A stretch of DNA of 64,000 bases from an uncultured Solirubrobacterales bacterium. GTDB taxonomy: Bacteria > Actinomycetota > Thermoleophilia > Solirubrobacterales > Solirubrobacteraceae. Below are positions 1-9,980 of this stretch, piece after piece. The translations under genes were made by a program, and so were the position numbers. How positions within the stretch are numbered: position 1 is the first letter of the stretch; every line of letters starts with the position of its first letter. The notes under the pieces are model-generated. The model was given only the letters and a program-made list of their open reading frames with translations. It did not search any database and was not told the DNA's origin. The stretch is from positions 52,180 through 116,179 of the forward strand of contig CAWIMZ010000019.1 in assembly GCA_963837385.1 (NCBI GenBank), written 5' to 3'.

Positions 1-98
1 CCGAGGGTTCTGAGGCGCAGCCTCAGCCTGCCGCGCAGACGCCCGCGGCCGCTGCGTAAACCGAACGCGTCGGGCCTGCGCGCGACCATGTCGGGTCG

Positions 99-3002
99 AT
101 GCCGCTCACGCTCGTCCTCGGTCCCGCCAACTCCGCCAAGGCCGGCGAAGTCCTCGGCGCTTATGCGGCCGCCGCCCAGCGCGGCGCGCTGCTCGTCGTG
201 CCCACCGCGCTCGACGCCGACCACTACGCTCGCGAGCTCGCCGCCGGCGGAGCGGTGCTCGGTTCGGTGCGGACGTTCTCCGGCCTAGCGGCGGAGATCG
301 CCGCTCGGACCGGTTACAACGGGCGGCGGTTGTCAGCGCTGCAGCGCGAGCAGGTGCTGCGTGGGGTCATCGCCGCCGCGCCGCTGGATGTGCTCTCGCA
401 GGCCGCGCAGTCGCCGGGGTTCGCCGTCGCGAGCGCGAGTCTGATCGCCGAGCTGCAGCGCTCGCTCCTGACACCGCAGCGGTTCGCGCAGGCGCTCGCG
501 GCGTGGGCGGCCGCCGACGAGCGGCGGGGGCCTTATGCGCGCGATCTCGCGGCCCTCTACCACGGCTACGCGCGAGCGCTGGAGCGGCTCGGGCGGGTCG
601 ACCGCGAGCTGTACGCGTGGCGAGCGCTCGACGCCCTCCGGGCCGCTCCCGGGAGCTGGGGACCCGAGCCGGTGTTCTTCTACGGATTCGATGACCTCAC
701 GCCGCTGGAGCGGGACGCGATCGAAACGCTCGCGCGGGTGGTGGGTACCCGGGTAACGGTCTCGCTCACCTACGAGCCAGGGCGCGCGGCGCTGATCGCC
801 CGCGCGGAGGCGGTGGAGGAGCTGCGGCCGCTCGCCGAGCGCGTACACGAGCTACCCCCGCTCGATACGCACTACGAGCCGGGCTCGCGCGCCGCGCTGC
901 ACCATCTGGAACGAGAGCTGTTCTCGGAGCGCCGCGCCGAGCCGGTCGATCCGGGCGCTGCCGTGCGACTGCTCGAGGCCGGAGGCGAGCGCGCCGAGGC
1001 GGAGCTCGTGGCGGCCGAGGTGCTCGCGCTGCTGCGGGCCGGCGTCCCGGGCGAGGAGATCGTGGTCGTGTACCGGTCGCTCTCGCGCTCGGCGCGGGTC
1101 CTCGGGCGGGTCTTCGGCGAGTACGGGATCGATCTGGCCGGTGAGCGCTCGGTCCCGTTCGCGCACACGGCGCTCGGCGGCGGAGTGCTGGCGCTCGCTC
1201 GCTGCGCGCTGCTCGACGAGCGATCGGCCCGTGCCGAGGATCTGCTCGCCTACCTCCGCTCCCCGGGCCTGCTCGACCGTCCCGAGCTGGCCGATCGGCT
1301 CGAAGTCGAAATCCGGCGCGAGGGGCTGCGGAGCGCGGCGCAGGCTCGCGCCCGGCTCGGCTGGGAGCTCGAGGAGATCGATTCGATTCGTGGCTCGTCC
1401 GATCCCGCGGGCGAGCTCGCTCGCCAGGCGCGGCGGCTGTTCGCGCTCCCGTACCGAGGGGCCGCGCCGGTGCTGGACGCGTCCGAGGCGCTCGATGCCC
1501 GGGCCCTGACCCGCTTTCTGGGCGCCCTGGCCGAGCTGGAGGAGCTCGGAGAGCGAGTGGCCGCAACCGAGCTGATTGAGTTGCTCGAGAGCCTGGAGGT
1601 TCCGAATGGGGCGGCGTTCGCACCCGGCGCCGTGCTGCTCGCCGAGCCGCTCGCGATCAGGGCCCGCAGGTTCCGCTGCGTGTTCGTATGTGGCCTGCAG
1701 GAGGGCGAGTTTCCCCTGCCTGGTGCGCCGGAGCCGTTCCTCTCCGACGAGCGCCGGTGGGAGCTGGCCGCTTGCGCGGGCCTCCGTCTGGCGCCGAGCG
1801 AGCACGCGCTGGCGCGCGAGCGCTACCTGTTCTACGCCTGCGTCTCGCGGGCGACCGAACAGCTGGTGCTCTCCTACCGAAGCTCGGACGAGGAGGGCAA
1901 CCTCGCGCTCGCCTCTCCGTTCATCGCCGATGTCCGCGACCTGCTCGTCGAGGGCTGGGCTGGCGGACGGCGGCAGCGCCTGCTGACCGACGTGGTGTGG
2001 CCGGCGGCGAGCGCTCCGACCGCACGTGAGCGGGCCCGCGCGGAGGCTGCGTCCCGCGCCCCGAGGGCCGGCAGCGTTCAGCCACCGGCCCGCGTGCTGG
2101 GCCAGGCGGCGCTCGAGCGGGTGCGCCACCGGAGAATCCTCTCGGGCGGCGCGCTCGAGGCATACGGGGACTGCCCGGTCAAATGGCTCGTCGAGCGGGA
2201 ACTGGCCCCGGCACGCTTGGAACCGGATCCGGACCCCATCGCCCGGGGCAACTTCATGCACGCGGCGCTCGAGGAACTGCTTCGCCGCCTGGGCGGACCG
2301 GTCAGCACCGAGACGCTTCCCGACGCTCACCGGATCCTCGAGGAGGTCCTGACCGAGGGCCCGGGGCCGATCGGAGCCGGAGCACCGGAATCGGTTCGCT
2401 CGGCGGCGGTCAAGACGATCGAGGCCGACCTGCGCCGCTACCTCGCTCATGAGGCCGACGACGGATGCGCCTGGGAGCCACAGGGAATCGAGTTGCGGTT
2501 CGGTTTCGAGGAAGAGCAGGAGTCGCTGCCGGCGCTCGCACTCGGGGACGGCACGGAGCAGATTCGCTTGCGAGGCGTGATCGACCGCGTCGACGTCGCC
2601 CCCGATCGCAGCGGTCGAGCGATCGTGCGCGATTACAAGAGCGGCAGCGCACGGCCCCAGCATCAGGGCGCCCGCTGGCGCCAGGATCGTCAGCTGCAGG
2701 TCGCGCTGTACATGCTCGCCGTGCGCGAGCTGCTCGGGCTGGAGCCGGTGGCGGGTCTCTACCAGCCGCTCGGCGGCCGCGACCTGCGCGCCCGAGGGGT
2801 GTTCCTGGAGGGAGCACCGGTGGGTGCACGCGTCGTGCCGACCGACGCCGTGGCCAGGGAGGAGCTCGATGCCGAGCTCGCCGATGCGTCCGCCCGCGCG
2901 ATCGAGCTGGCCGCCGGCTTGCGGTCCGGGAAGCTGACTCCATGTCCTCTGACGTGCTCGCGCGACGGCTGCCGCTACCCGGGGATCTGCCGTGTCGAGT
3001 GA
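99..3002 (+). CDS. AddB/AdnA-like subunit: degenerate helicase domain plus C-terminal PD-(D/E)XK nuclease
   Basis: 967 aa; degenerate Walker A (GPANSAKA); RGVIDRVD...IVRDYKSG...LQVALY nuclease motifs; Cys residues flank the nuclease domain; overlaps the downstream UvrD-type gene. Confidence 0.85.
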   Translation: MPLTLVLGPANSAKAGEVLGAYAAAAQRGALLVVPTALDADHYARELAAGGAVLGSVRTFSGLAAEIAARTGYNGRRLSALQREQVLRGVIAAAPLDVLSQAAQSPGFAVASASLIAELQRSLLTPQRFAQALAAWAAADERRGPYARDLAALYHGYARALERLGRVDRELYAWRALDALRAAPGSWGPEPVFFYGFDDLTPLERDAIETLARVVGTRVTVSLTYEPGRAALIARAEAVEELRPLAERVHELPPLDTHYEPGSRAALHHLERELFSERRAEPVDPGAAVRLLEAGGERAEAELVAAEVLALLRAGVPGEEIVVVYRSLSRSARVLGRVFGEYGIDLAGERSVPFAHTALGGGVLALARCALLDERSARAEDLLAYLRSPGLLDRPELADRLEVEIRREGLRSAAQARARLGWELEEIDSIRGSSDPAGELARQARRLFALPYRGAAPVLDASEALDARALTRFLGALAELEELGERVAATELIELLESLEVPNGAAFAPGAVLLAEPLAIRARRFRCVFVCGLQEGEFPLPGAPEPFLSDERRWELAACAGLRLAPSEHALARERYLFYACVSRATEQLVLSYRSSDEEGNLALASPFIADVRDLLVEGWAGGRRQRLLTDVVWPAASAPTARERARAEAASRAPRAGSVQPPARVLGQAALERVRHRRILSGGALEAYGDCPVKWLVERELAPARLEPDPDPIARGNFMHAALEELLRRLGGPVSTETLPDAHRILEEVLTEGPGPIGAGAPESVRSAAVKTIEADLRRYLAHEADDGCAWEPQGIELRFGFEEEQESLPALALGDGTEQIRLRGVIDRVDVAPDRSGRAIVRDYKSGSARPQHQGARWRQDRQLQVALYMLAVRELLGLEPVAGLYQPLGGRDLRARGVFLEGAPVGARVVPTDAVAREELDAELADASARAIELAAGLRSGKLTPCPLTCSRDGCRYPGICRVE

Positions 3003-6000
3003 CGTGTCGGCGAGACCGTGGACCGCGGAACAGCTCCATGCGATCGAGCGCCGTCAGGGCGATCTGCTCCTGGCCGCGGCGGCCGGCAGCGGCAAGACCT
3101 CGGTGCTCGTCGAGCGCTTCGTGCGCGCGGTGCTCGAAGACGAAGCCGACGTCAATTCGATCCTGGCGATCACGTTCACCGACAAGGCCGCCGCCGAGCT
3201 GCGCGAGCAGATTCGCAGGCGGCTCCGTGAGCTCGGCGCCGCCGAGGTCGCGCGCGCGACCGAGGGGGCGTTCATCTCCACGATCCACGGCTTCTGCTCG
3301 CGGGTGCTGCGCGCTCACGCCCTCAGCGCGGGGCTCGACCCCGCGTTCGCGGTGCTCGATCAGATCGACGCCCAACGACTCGCGGATCAGGCGTTCGACG
3401 ATGCGCTCGAGGAATTGACTCGCAACGCCGTCGGCGGTATCGAGCTGCTCGCGTCCTACGGCCCGCGCCCACTGCGCGGCGCGATCCTGGGGACGTACGC
3501 CGAGCTGCGGTCCCGGGGCGAGCTCGAGCCCCGCCTGCCGACCCTCCGGGCCACCGGCGTGGGCCTCGAGCAGGCCCGGGCCGAGCTCTCCCGGGCGGCG
3601 GCCGCCGTGGTCTCCGAACTGGGTTCGGTGCGGAGTTTCCTCGGCCCGCGTGGCGCAGGCACTCGAGCGCCTGGGCGGCACTGAGGAGATGCTCGCGGCC
3701 GAGGCGCCATGGCCCGGCGAGCTCGACGCGCTGGCGCTTCCCGGCGGCAACGGCGCTGCGCTCAGCACCCCGATCTGCGTTGCCTACGCGGAGGCGCTGG
3801 CGCGGTTTCGCTCGGCCTGCGAGCACGTCTACGCGGCACGCGCGCACGGGCTGCTCGACCGTCTGCTGCGGGAGTTCGGGACCCGCTACGCGCAGCGCAA
3901 GCGAGCGCGCTCCGGGCTCGACTTCGAGGACCTCGAGCTGATGGCGCTCTCACTGCTCTCGAGGGACGGGGAGCTCCGCGAGCGCTACCGGGACCGCTTC
4001 GCGCAGATCATGGTCGACGAGCTGCAGGACACCAATCAGGTCCAGCTCGAGCTGATCGAGCGGATCGCCGGCGGGAACCTGTTCACCGTCGGTGACGCGC
4101 AGCAGTCGATCTACGGCTTCCGGCACGCGGACGTCGAGCTGTTCGAGCGCCGCGGCGAGCGGCTCGCCGAGACGGGCGCGCGGGCGACGCTGCAGACCAA
4201 CTTCCGCTCACGTCGCGAGATCCTGAAGGTACTGAACCTGGCGTTCGAGGCGGAGCTCGGCGCGCGCTTCATGCCGCTGGCCCCCGGACGCGACGACCCG
4301 CCCGCCGCGGCGCCACTGGTCGAGCTGCTGATTGCCGACAAGGGTGCCGACTGGACTGCCGAGGGGCTCGCGGCGCCGTGGCGGCTGGCCGAGGCCCGGG
4401 CGCTGGCCGTGCGGATCGGTGAGCTGATCGACGGCGGAGCCTCGCCCGATGAGATCGTCGTGCTGACCCGCGCGACCACCGATCTACGGGCCTACGAACG
4501 CGCCCTGGAGGAACGCGGAGTCCCGACCTACGTGATCGGTGGCCGCGGCTACTGGTCGCACCCGCAGGTCCTCGACATGGTCGCCTACCTGCGTGCGCTC
4601 GCCAATCCGCGTGACGAAGAGGCGCTGTACACGGTGCTGGCCTCCCCACTGGTCGGCGTATCGGTCGATGCGATGGTCGTGCTCGGCGCCGCCGGGCGCT
4701 CCGCCGGCCGTGATCCGTGGTGGGTGCTGCGTGAGCCCGAAGGCCGGCTCGATGACGTGAGCGTGGATGACCGGCACGAGCTCGCGTCGTTCGCAGAGTG
4801 GTTTGCGGCCGAGCGGGGCGCTGTGGCGCGGGCGGGGATCGAGGAGCTGATCGGACGGGCGCTCGCGCAGACAGGCTACGACCTGGCGATGCTCGCGATG
4901 CCGGGCGGCGAGCGGCGGCTGGCGAACGTCCGCAAGCTGATGCGCCTGGGGCGCGAGTACGAGGCCTCGGGCGGTTTCGGTCTGCCTGGCTTCCTGGAGC
5001 TCGTGCGCGGGCGCGCCTTCGGGCCGGGATGCTCATGAGAGCGAGGCCCCGGTTGAGGGTGAGGCGCTGGGCGCGGTGCGGCTGATGACGATCCATCGGG
5101 CGAAGGGGCTCGAGTTCGAAATCGTCTGCGTCGCCGACCTGGGCCGCGCTCCGCGGTGGCGCAGTGAGCTGCTGCGCGTCGGGCGGGATGGTCGCTTCGG
5201 GCTGCAGCTCGCCCGCGCCCGGCACCGGCAAACGCGAGCCGGCACTCGACTACAAGGAGCTCGGCGAGGAGCAGCAGCGTCTAGAGGAAAGCGAGGAGCG
5301 CAGGCTGTTCTACGTCGCAATGACCCGTGCCCGGGAGCGGCTGATCGTCAGCGGCGCGGCGAAGCTCGACTCGCTCGGTTCGGCCGGCAACGGCACCGGG
5401 CCGCCGATCGCCTGGATCGCCCCGGCGCTCGTTCCCGAGATCGCGACTCTGGTTGACGAGCGCTCCGGGACTACCGAAGCCGGTGTGCGGTGGAGCATCG
5501 TCGCTCCGGAGGACGTGGTCGACTTTGAACCGCATATAGCGGATCAAAGTCGTCCAGGTCCGGTGGAGGGGTCGGTGGAGCCGGTTCAGGGCGCCCCGCC
5601 GCCCCGCCGCCCCGCCGGCGCCCCGCTCGCCGCCGGCCGCCGGTGGCCCCGCCGGCCGCCGCCGCCGCCCGTCGCCGCGCTCAGCTACTCGTCGCTCGGC
5701 GAGTACGAGCGCTGCGGCTATCGCTTCTATGCCGAGCGCGTCCTGGGGCTGCCCCCGGTCGCTCAGCGCGGCGGGGAGGGCGGTCCGCTGAGCGGCACCG
5801 AGCGGGGGATCCTCGTCCACGCACTGCTCGAGCGGCTTGATTTTCGCCGGCCGCTGCGGCCGACCACAGAGACGATCGCCGCGGCCGCCGAGCGCGCCGG
5901 GCTCCGGGCCGCCGGCGCGGTCGAGGATCTCGTCGGGCTCGTCGACGCGTTCGCCCGCAGCGAGCTCCGGGCACGCCTCGCCCGGGCCACCGACGTTCGC

Positions 6001-6456
6001 CGCGAGGAGCGGTTCTCGTTCCTGATCGATGGCGGGGTGATGATCACCGGGGCGCTGGACGCCATGGCGCGGGAACCCGGTGGGCGGATGCTGATCGTCG
6101 ACTACAAGAGCGATCGGCTCGAGGGAGCCGATCCCGAGGCGCTCGTCGCTCGCCAGTACTCGACCCAGCGGCTGATCTACGCTGTCGCGGCGCTACGCGC
6201 GGGCGCTGTCGAGGTCGAGGTCGCCTACGCGTTCCTGGAGCGTCCAGCCGAACCGGTCGCCGAGACCTTCGCGGCCGCCGATGCGCCTCGCCTCGAGCAG
6301 GAACTGGGCGAGCTCGCCGCCGGCGTGCTGCGGGGCGAGTTCATCGTCAGCGGCGAACCGCATCGTGCGCTGTGCAACGGCTGTCCCGCCGAGGGTGGCC
6401 TCTGCTCGTGGCCGCTGGAGCTGACGCGGCGCGAAGCGCCCGACCGGCTGTTCTGA
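2992..6456 (+). CDS. AddA/AdnB-like UvrD helicase-nuclease, split over four ORFs by indels (about 3650, 5035, 5215)
   Basis: AAAGSGKT Walker A, ITFTDKAA, VDELQDTN, VGDAQQSIYGFR, LMTIHRAKGLEF, RLFYVAMTRA and C-terminal IVDYKS occur in consecutive frames. Confidence 0.88.
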
Positions 6457-7399
6457 TCAGTGGAACTCGACGTCGACCTTCTCGGTGTCGTGGCGCTCCT
6501 CGACCTTGGCCAGCGCCCGCAGGGTCTCCTCGTCGGCCGGGACGGCGGGCGGCCCGATCAGGCTCCGGGGCCACAGGTTGCGGGCCGACGACCACGTTGA
6601 CCTCGGCGGCATACAGGGTCATCTGCGCGCCGAGGTGCAACCAGACGAGCAGCGCGATCACGAACCCGAACTGCGCGTAGGTGCTGCTCGCATGCTTGAG
6701 CACGTGGCCGATGTAGTAGCCGCCGACGATCTGCAGGATCTCCCACATGATCCCGGCGACGACCACGCCAATCCACAGGCAGCTGGTCGCGATCGTCTTG
6801 GCCGTCAGCAGACGGAACGCCGCCCCGAACAGCGCAAAGTTGACCAGCAGCGAGACGATGATTCCGGCGACCTTCAGCACCGGGCCTCCGAGCCCCCCGA
6901 CGACCAGCCCCGAGGCGAGCGTCGCGACGATGAACAGGGCGCCGAGCGAGGCCAGCAGCGCGATGCCCCGCAACCGGGCACGGACGAAGTCGGGCCGGTC
7001 CTTCATCGGAACCGCCCACACGCGATCAAATGCGTTCTGGGCCGCCTGCGTCACCCCGAGGCCTGACCACAGCGAGATGGCCAGACCAACTATCAGCGCG
7101 ATCGCGCTCCCGTGGAGCGCTTTGGGCTCGATCTTGGTGCCGACGACCGGAAACTGACCGAGCACCGAATTCGTGATCGCTTTCTGGGCGCTGGTGTCGC
7201 CCTGCAGCACGTACCCGAGGATCGTCACGAACACCAGCAGCAGCGGGAAGATCGAGAAGAACGCGTAGTAGGCGACGAGCGCAGCAAGGTTTCCGGCCTG
7301 GTCGTCGCCGAACTTCTTGACGACCGCCATCGGGATCGCCAGCCAACGGTGACGTTGCTGGAAGCGATCGAACGCCCGTACCGGCTTCAGGAAGTCCAT
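6457..7399 (-). CDS. YihY/virulence factor BrkB family membrane protein (frameshift near the 3' end)
   Basis: AALVAYYAFFSIFPLLL motif and several TM helices; the probable true C-terminus (...KVDVEFH*) is in another frame ending at 6457. Confidence 0.85.
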
Positions 7400-7452
7400 C
7401 TTGGATGTTGGTACCCGACTTGGGTTTTGCGCATGCAGGCCCACCGTGACCG

Positions 7453-8061
7453 CTACCCCGTCGTGGGCCGGCCCTCGACCCTCAGCAGCAGCCGCTTGCG
7501 CTCGACCCCACCGGTGTAGCCGCCCAGTGCTCCGCTCGAATGCAGCACACGATGGCAGGGGACCACGATCGGCAGGGGGTTTGACCCGAGCGCATTGCCC
7601 GCGGCGCGATGCCCACGCGGGCTGCCGGCCTCGATCGCGACGTGCTTGTAGCTCGACACGGAGCCGTAGGGGATGCGGGCGGCGGCGCCGAGAACCCGGC
7701 GGGCGAACCCACGCGAGAGCCTCCAGTCGAGCGGCAGCTCGAACCGCCGGCGCGCGCCGGCGAAGTACTGCTCGAGCTCGCGCCTCGCCTCGTCGAGCCG
7801 GCGCGGCGACCGCAGCACCCGGGGCGAGAGCCTGGCCGTGAGGTCCTCGAGCGCAGCAGGCTCATCTTCGCCATCGAGATAGGCGATCCGCACGAGCCCC
7901 TTCTCGGTGCTCGCGAGCAGCAGCTTCCCGACCGGGGAGTCCAGGGTCGCGTAGGCGACGTCGAGCAAGCCGGCGGCGGCCGCGGCCAGATCGAGCTCAG
8001 GCAACGGGAGCTCGGAGTCCCGGCTGCGCAGTGCGCGAGCGAGTTGGTCGAGATCGTTCAT
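7453..8061 (-). CDS. ogt: Methylated-DNA--protein-cysteine methyltransferase
   Basis: RAAGNALGSNPLPIVVPCHRV active site; GGYTGG...KRLLL.VEG. Confidence 0.95.
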   Translation of the reverse strand: MNDLDQLARALRSRDSELPLPELDLAAAAAGLLDVAYATLDSPVGKLLLASTEKGLVRIAYLDGEDEPAALEDLTARLSPRVLRSPRRLDEARRELEQYFAGARRRFELPLDWRLSRGFARRVLGAAARIPYGSVSSYKHVAIEAGSPRGHRAAGNALGSNPLPIVVPCHRVLHSSGALGGYTGGVERKRLLLRVEGRPTTG

Positions 8062-8549
8062 CTGCGGTACTCCCTTCGCAGTCGCTTGAGCCCTTCGTGG
8101 ACGTTGCGCCGGGCGGCCTCCTCGGTGGTCCCCATCACGCCGGAGACCTCGGCGTAGCCGGCGTCGGCGAGGAATCGCAGCGCGATCGCAGCGCGCTGCT
8201 TGCGTGGCAGCTCGAGCACCTGCGCCCAGAGTTCTTCGTCCGGGTCCTCCGCTGATGGCCCCGGACGTTCGGGCAGTTCGCCGATCGGGACCGGCTGGCG
8301 CTGCTGCCGGCGTGCGTGGTCGATCGCCTTGCGGTGCGCGACCGTGAAGATCCAGCCGCGCAGGTTGGAGGCATCACGCAGCTGCGGATAGGCCCGGAGC
8401 GCCGCGAGCCACGTCTCCTGGTAGCAATCCTCGGCGGCTCCGGCGCCGACCGTCGCGATCAGGAAACGGTGCACATCGCGGCCGTGGTCGTCGAGCAGGC
8501 TCTGAAACGGGGGGAGCTTCACTGTCGATGAAACGTGGGGCGGCGCCAT
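8058..8549 (-). CDS. ECF RNA polymerase sigma factor
   Basis: AEDCYQETW, LRGWIFTVAHRKAID, LPRKQRAAIALRF and region-4 HTH; 4-nt overlap with ogt. Confidence 0.9.
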   Translation of the reverse strand: MAPPHVSSTVKLPPFQSLLDDHGRDVHRFLIATVGAGAAEDCYQETWLAALRAYPQLRDASNLRGWIFTVAHRKAIDHARRQQRQPVPIGELPERPGPSAEDPDEELWAQVLELPRKQRAAIALRFLADAGYAEVSGVMGTTEEAARRNVHEGLKRLRREYRR

Positions 8550-8643
8550 CTCGTGAGATCGATTGTGCTCCGAGCCTGAAGTTGGCCGAGCAAGACGCCG
8601 CTCAGGGCTTGATCACAGTGCGGATTCGCTATACAAACATGGC

Positions 8644-9522
8644 ATGGCCCGCGCTATCTGGTCAGGCGCAATCAGCTTCGGACTGGTCAACGTGCCCGTC
8701 AAGCTGTACAGCGCCACCTCCCCCAAGTCGGTTCGCTTTCACCAGCTCTCGAGCAAGACCGGGGCTCGCATCCGCCAGAAGCGCGTCGATCCGACGACCG
8801 GTGACGAGGTCCCCTACGAGGAGATCGTCAAGGGATTTGAGATCACGCCCGATCGCTACGTGCTGATCGATCCCGATGAGCTCGACGCGCTCGACCCCAA
8901 GGCGACCAAGACGATCGACATCGAGGAGTTCGTCGACCTGCAGGAGATCGATCCGATCTTCTACGACCACTCCTACTACCTCGCGCCGACCGCCGGGGGG
9001 GCGAAGGCCTACCGGCTGCTGCTCGACGCAATGCGAGAGTCGGGCAAGGTCGGGATCGGGCGGGTGGTCTTGCGCTCCAAGCAGCAACTGTGCGCGCTGC
9101 GGCCGACCGGCGAGGTGCTGACCCTGACGACGATGCTGTTCGGCGACGAGGTGCTCGCGCCCGATCGGCTCGACGAGCTCGATTCCGTCGCCGAGGCGCA
9201 GGCGAGCGAGCGCGAGCTGAACATGGCCCAGCAGCTGATCTCGTCGTTGTCGGCGGAGTTCGAGCCCACCAAGTACCGCGACGAGTACCGTGAGCGCGTG
9301 CTCGCGCTGATCGAGCGCAAAGCGGCCGGCGAGGAGATCGCAGTCCAGCCGGAGGCAGAGGAGCCGGCGGCCGCGCCAGACCTGATGGCGGCTCTCGAGG
9401 CGAGCCTCGCCGCGGTGCGCACCGACGACGACGAACCCACTCCGGCACGCGAGAGCGCTAAGCGGGCGGCCGGCGCCGACGGTGCCAAGCCCAGGCGCCA
9501 GCCCGCCAAGGCCAAGCGCTAA
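8644..9522 (+). CDS. ku: Ku protein (non-homologous end joining)
   Basis: MARAIWSGAISFGLVNVPVKLYSAT, DLMAALEASL, basic C-terminal tail. Confidence 0.97.
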   Translation: MARAIWSGAISFGLVNVPVKLYSATSPKSVRFHQLSSKTGARIRQKRVDPTTGDEVPYEEIVKGFEITPDRYVLIDPDELDALDPKATKTIDIEEFVDLQEIDPIFYDHSYYLAPTAGGAKAYRLLLDAMRESGKVGIGRVVLRSKQQLCALRPTGEVLTLTTMLFGDEVLAPDRLDELDSVAEAQASERELNMAQQLISSLSAEFEPTKYRDEYRERVLALIERKAAGEEIAVQPEAEEPAAAPDLMAALEASLAAVRTDDDEPTPARESAKRAAGADGAKPRRQPAKAKR

Positions 9523-9529
9523 GTGGTGC

Positions 9530-9802
9530 TCAGCTCTTCTTCTTCAGGTGGCCGTTCACGCAGGCCAGGCTCTGCGCCTTGTAGAGCTTCTCGTTCTTGC
9601 TCGAGCAGAACTCACCGGCCTTGTATTGCTTGCCTGCGGTCGCCTCCCTGAGCTTGGCCTTCGCCGACGAGGTCGCGCTGGACGCGGCGGAAGTTGCGCT
9701 CGACGCGGCCGCTTTGGAGGTAGATGACTTGCTGGTCGACGAGCTGCTGCTCGAGCCGCAGCCTGCGGCGATCAGCGTTACAACAATTGAGGCGGCGAGC
9801 AT
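9530..9802 (-). CDS. Small lipoprotein with a Ser-rich linker and a two-Cys C-terminal domain
   Basis: Lipobox IAAGC; poly-Ser linker; AGEFC...LAC. Confidence 0.65.
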   Translation of the reverse strand: MLAASIVVTLIAAGCGSSSSSSTSKSSTSKAAASSATSAASSATSSAKAKLREATAGKQYKAGEFCSSKNEKLYKAQSLACVNGHLKKKS

Positions 9803-9980
9803 GGGGCGGAAGCTGCGAAGGTCATCGAATCCTCCTCTGTGCTGTCGGTTGACTGTTTAGCACCGGCGCGCGGCTCCGCAGACGGTCCATAATTTGCGCT
9901 AACGCGCCACTAACACCCGCTGATACGCTTTTGCCTCGCGCCGGCCAGTCGGTTCTCCGCCTCCAAAGGCAGCTTCCTGT

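Noticed and set aside
55-98. LexA (SOS) box upstream of the helicase-nuclease operon (cgaac...)
   Set aside because: Only a half-site; no GTTC at the required spacing. None found upstream of ku either
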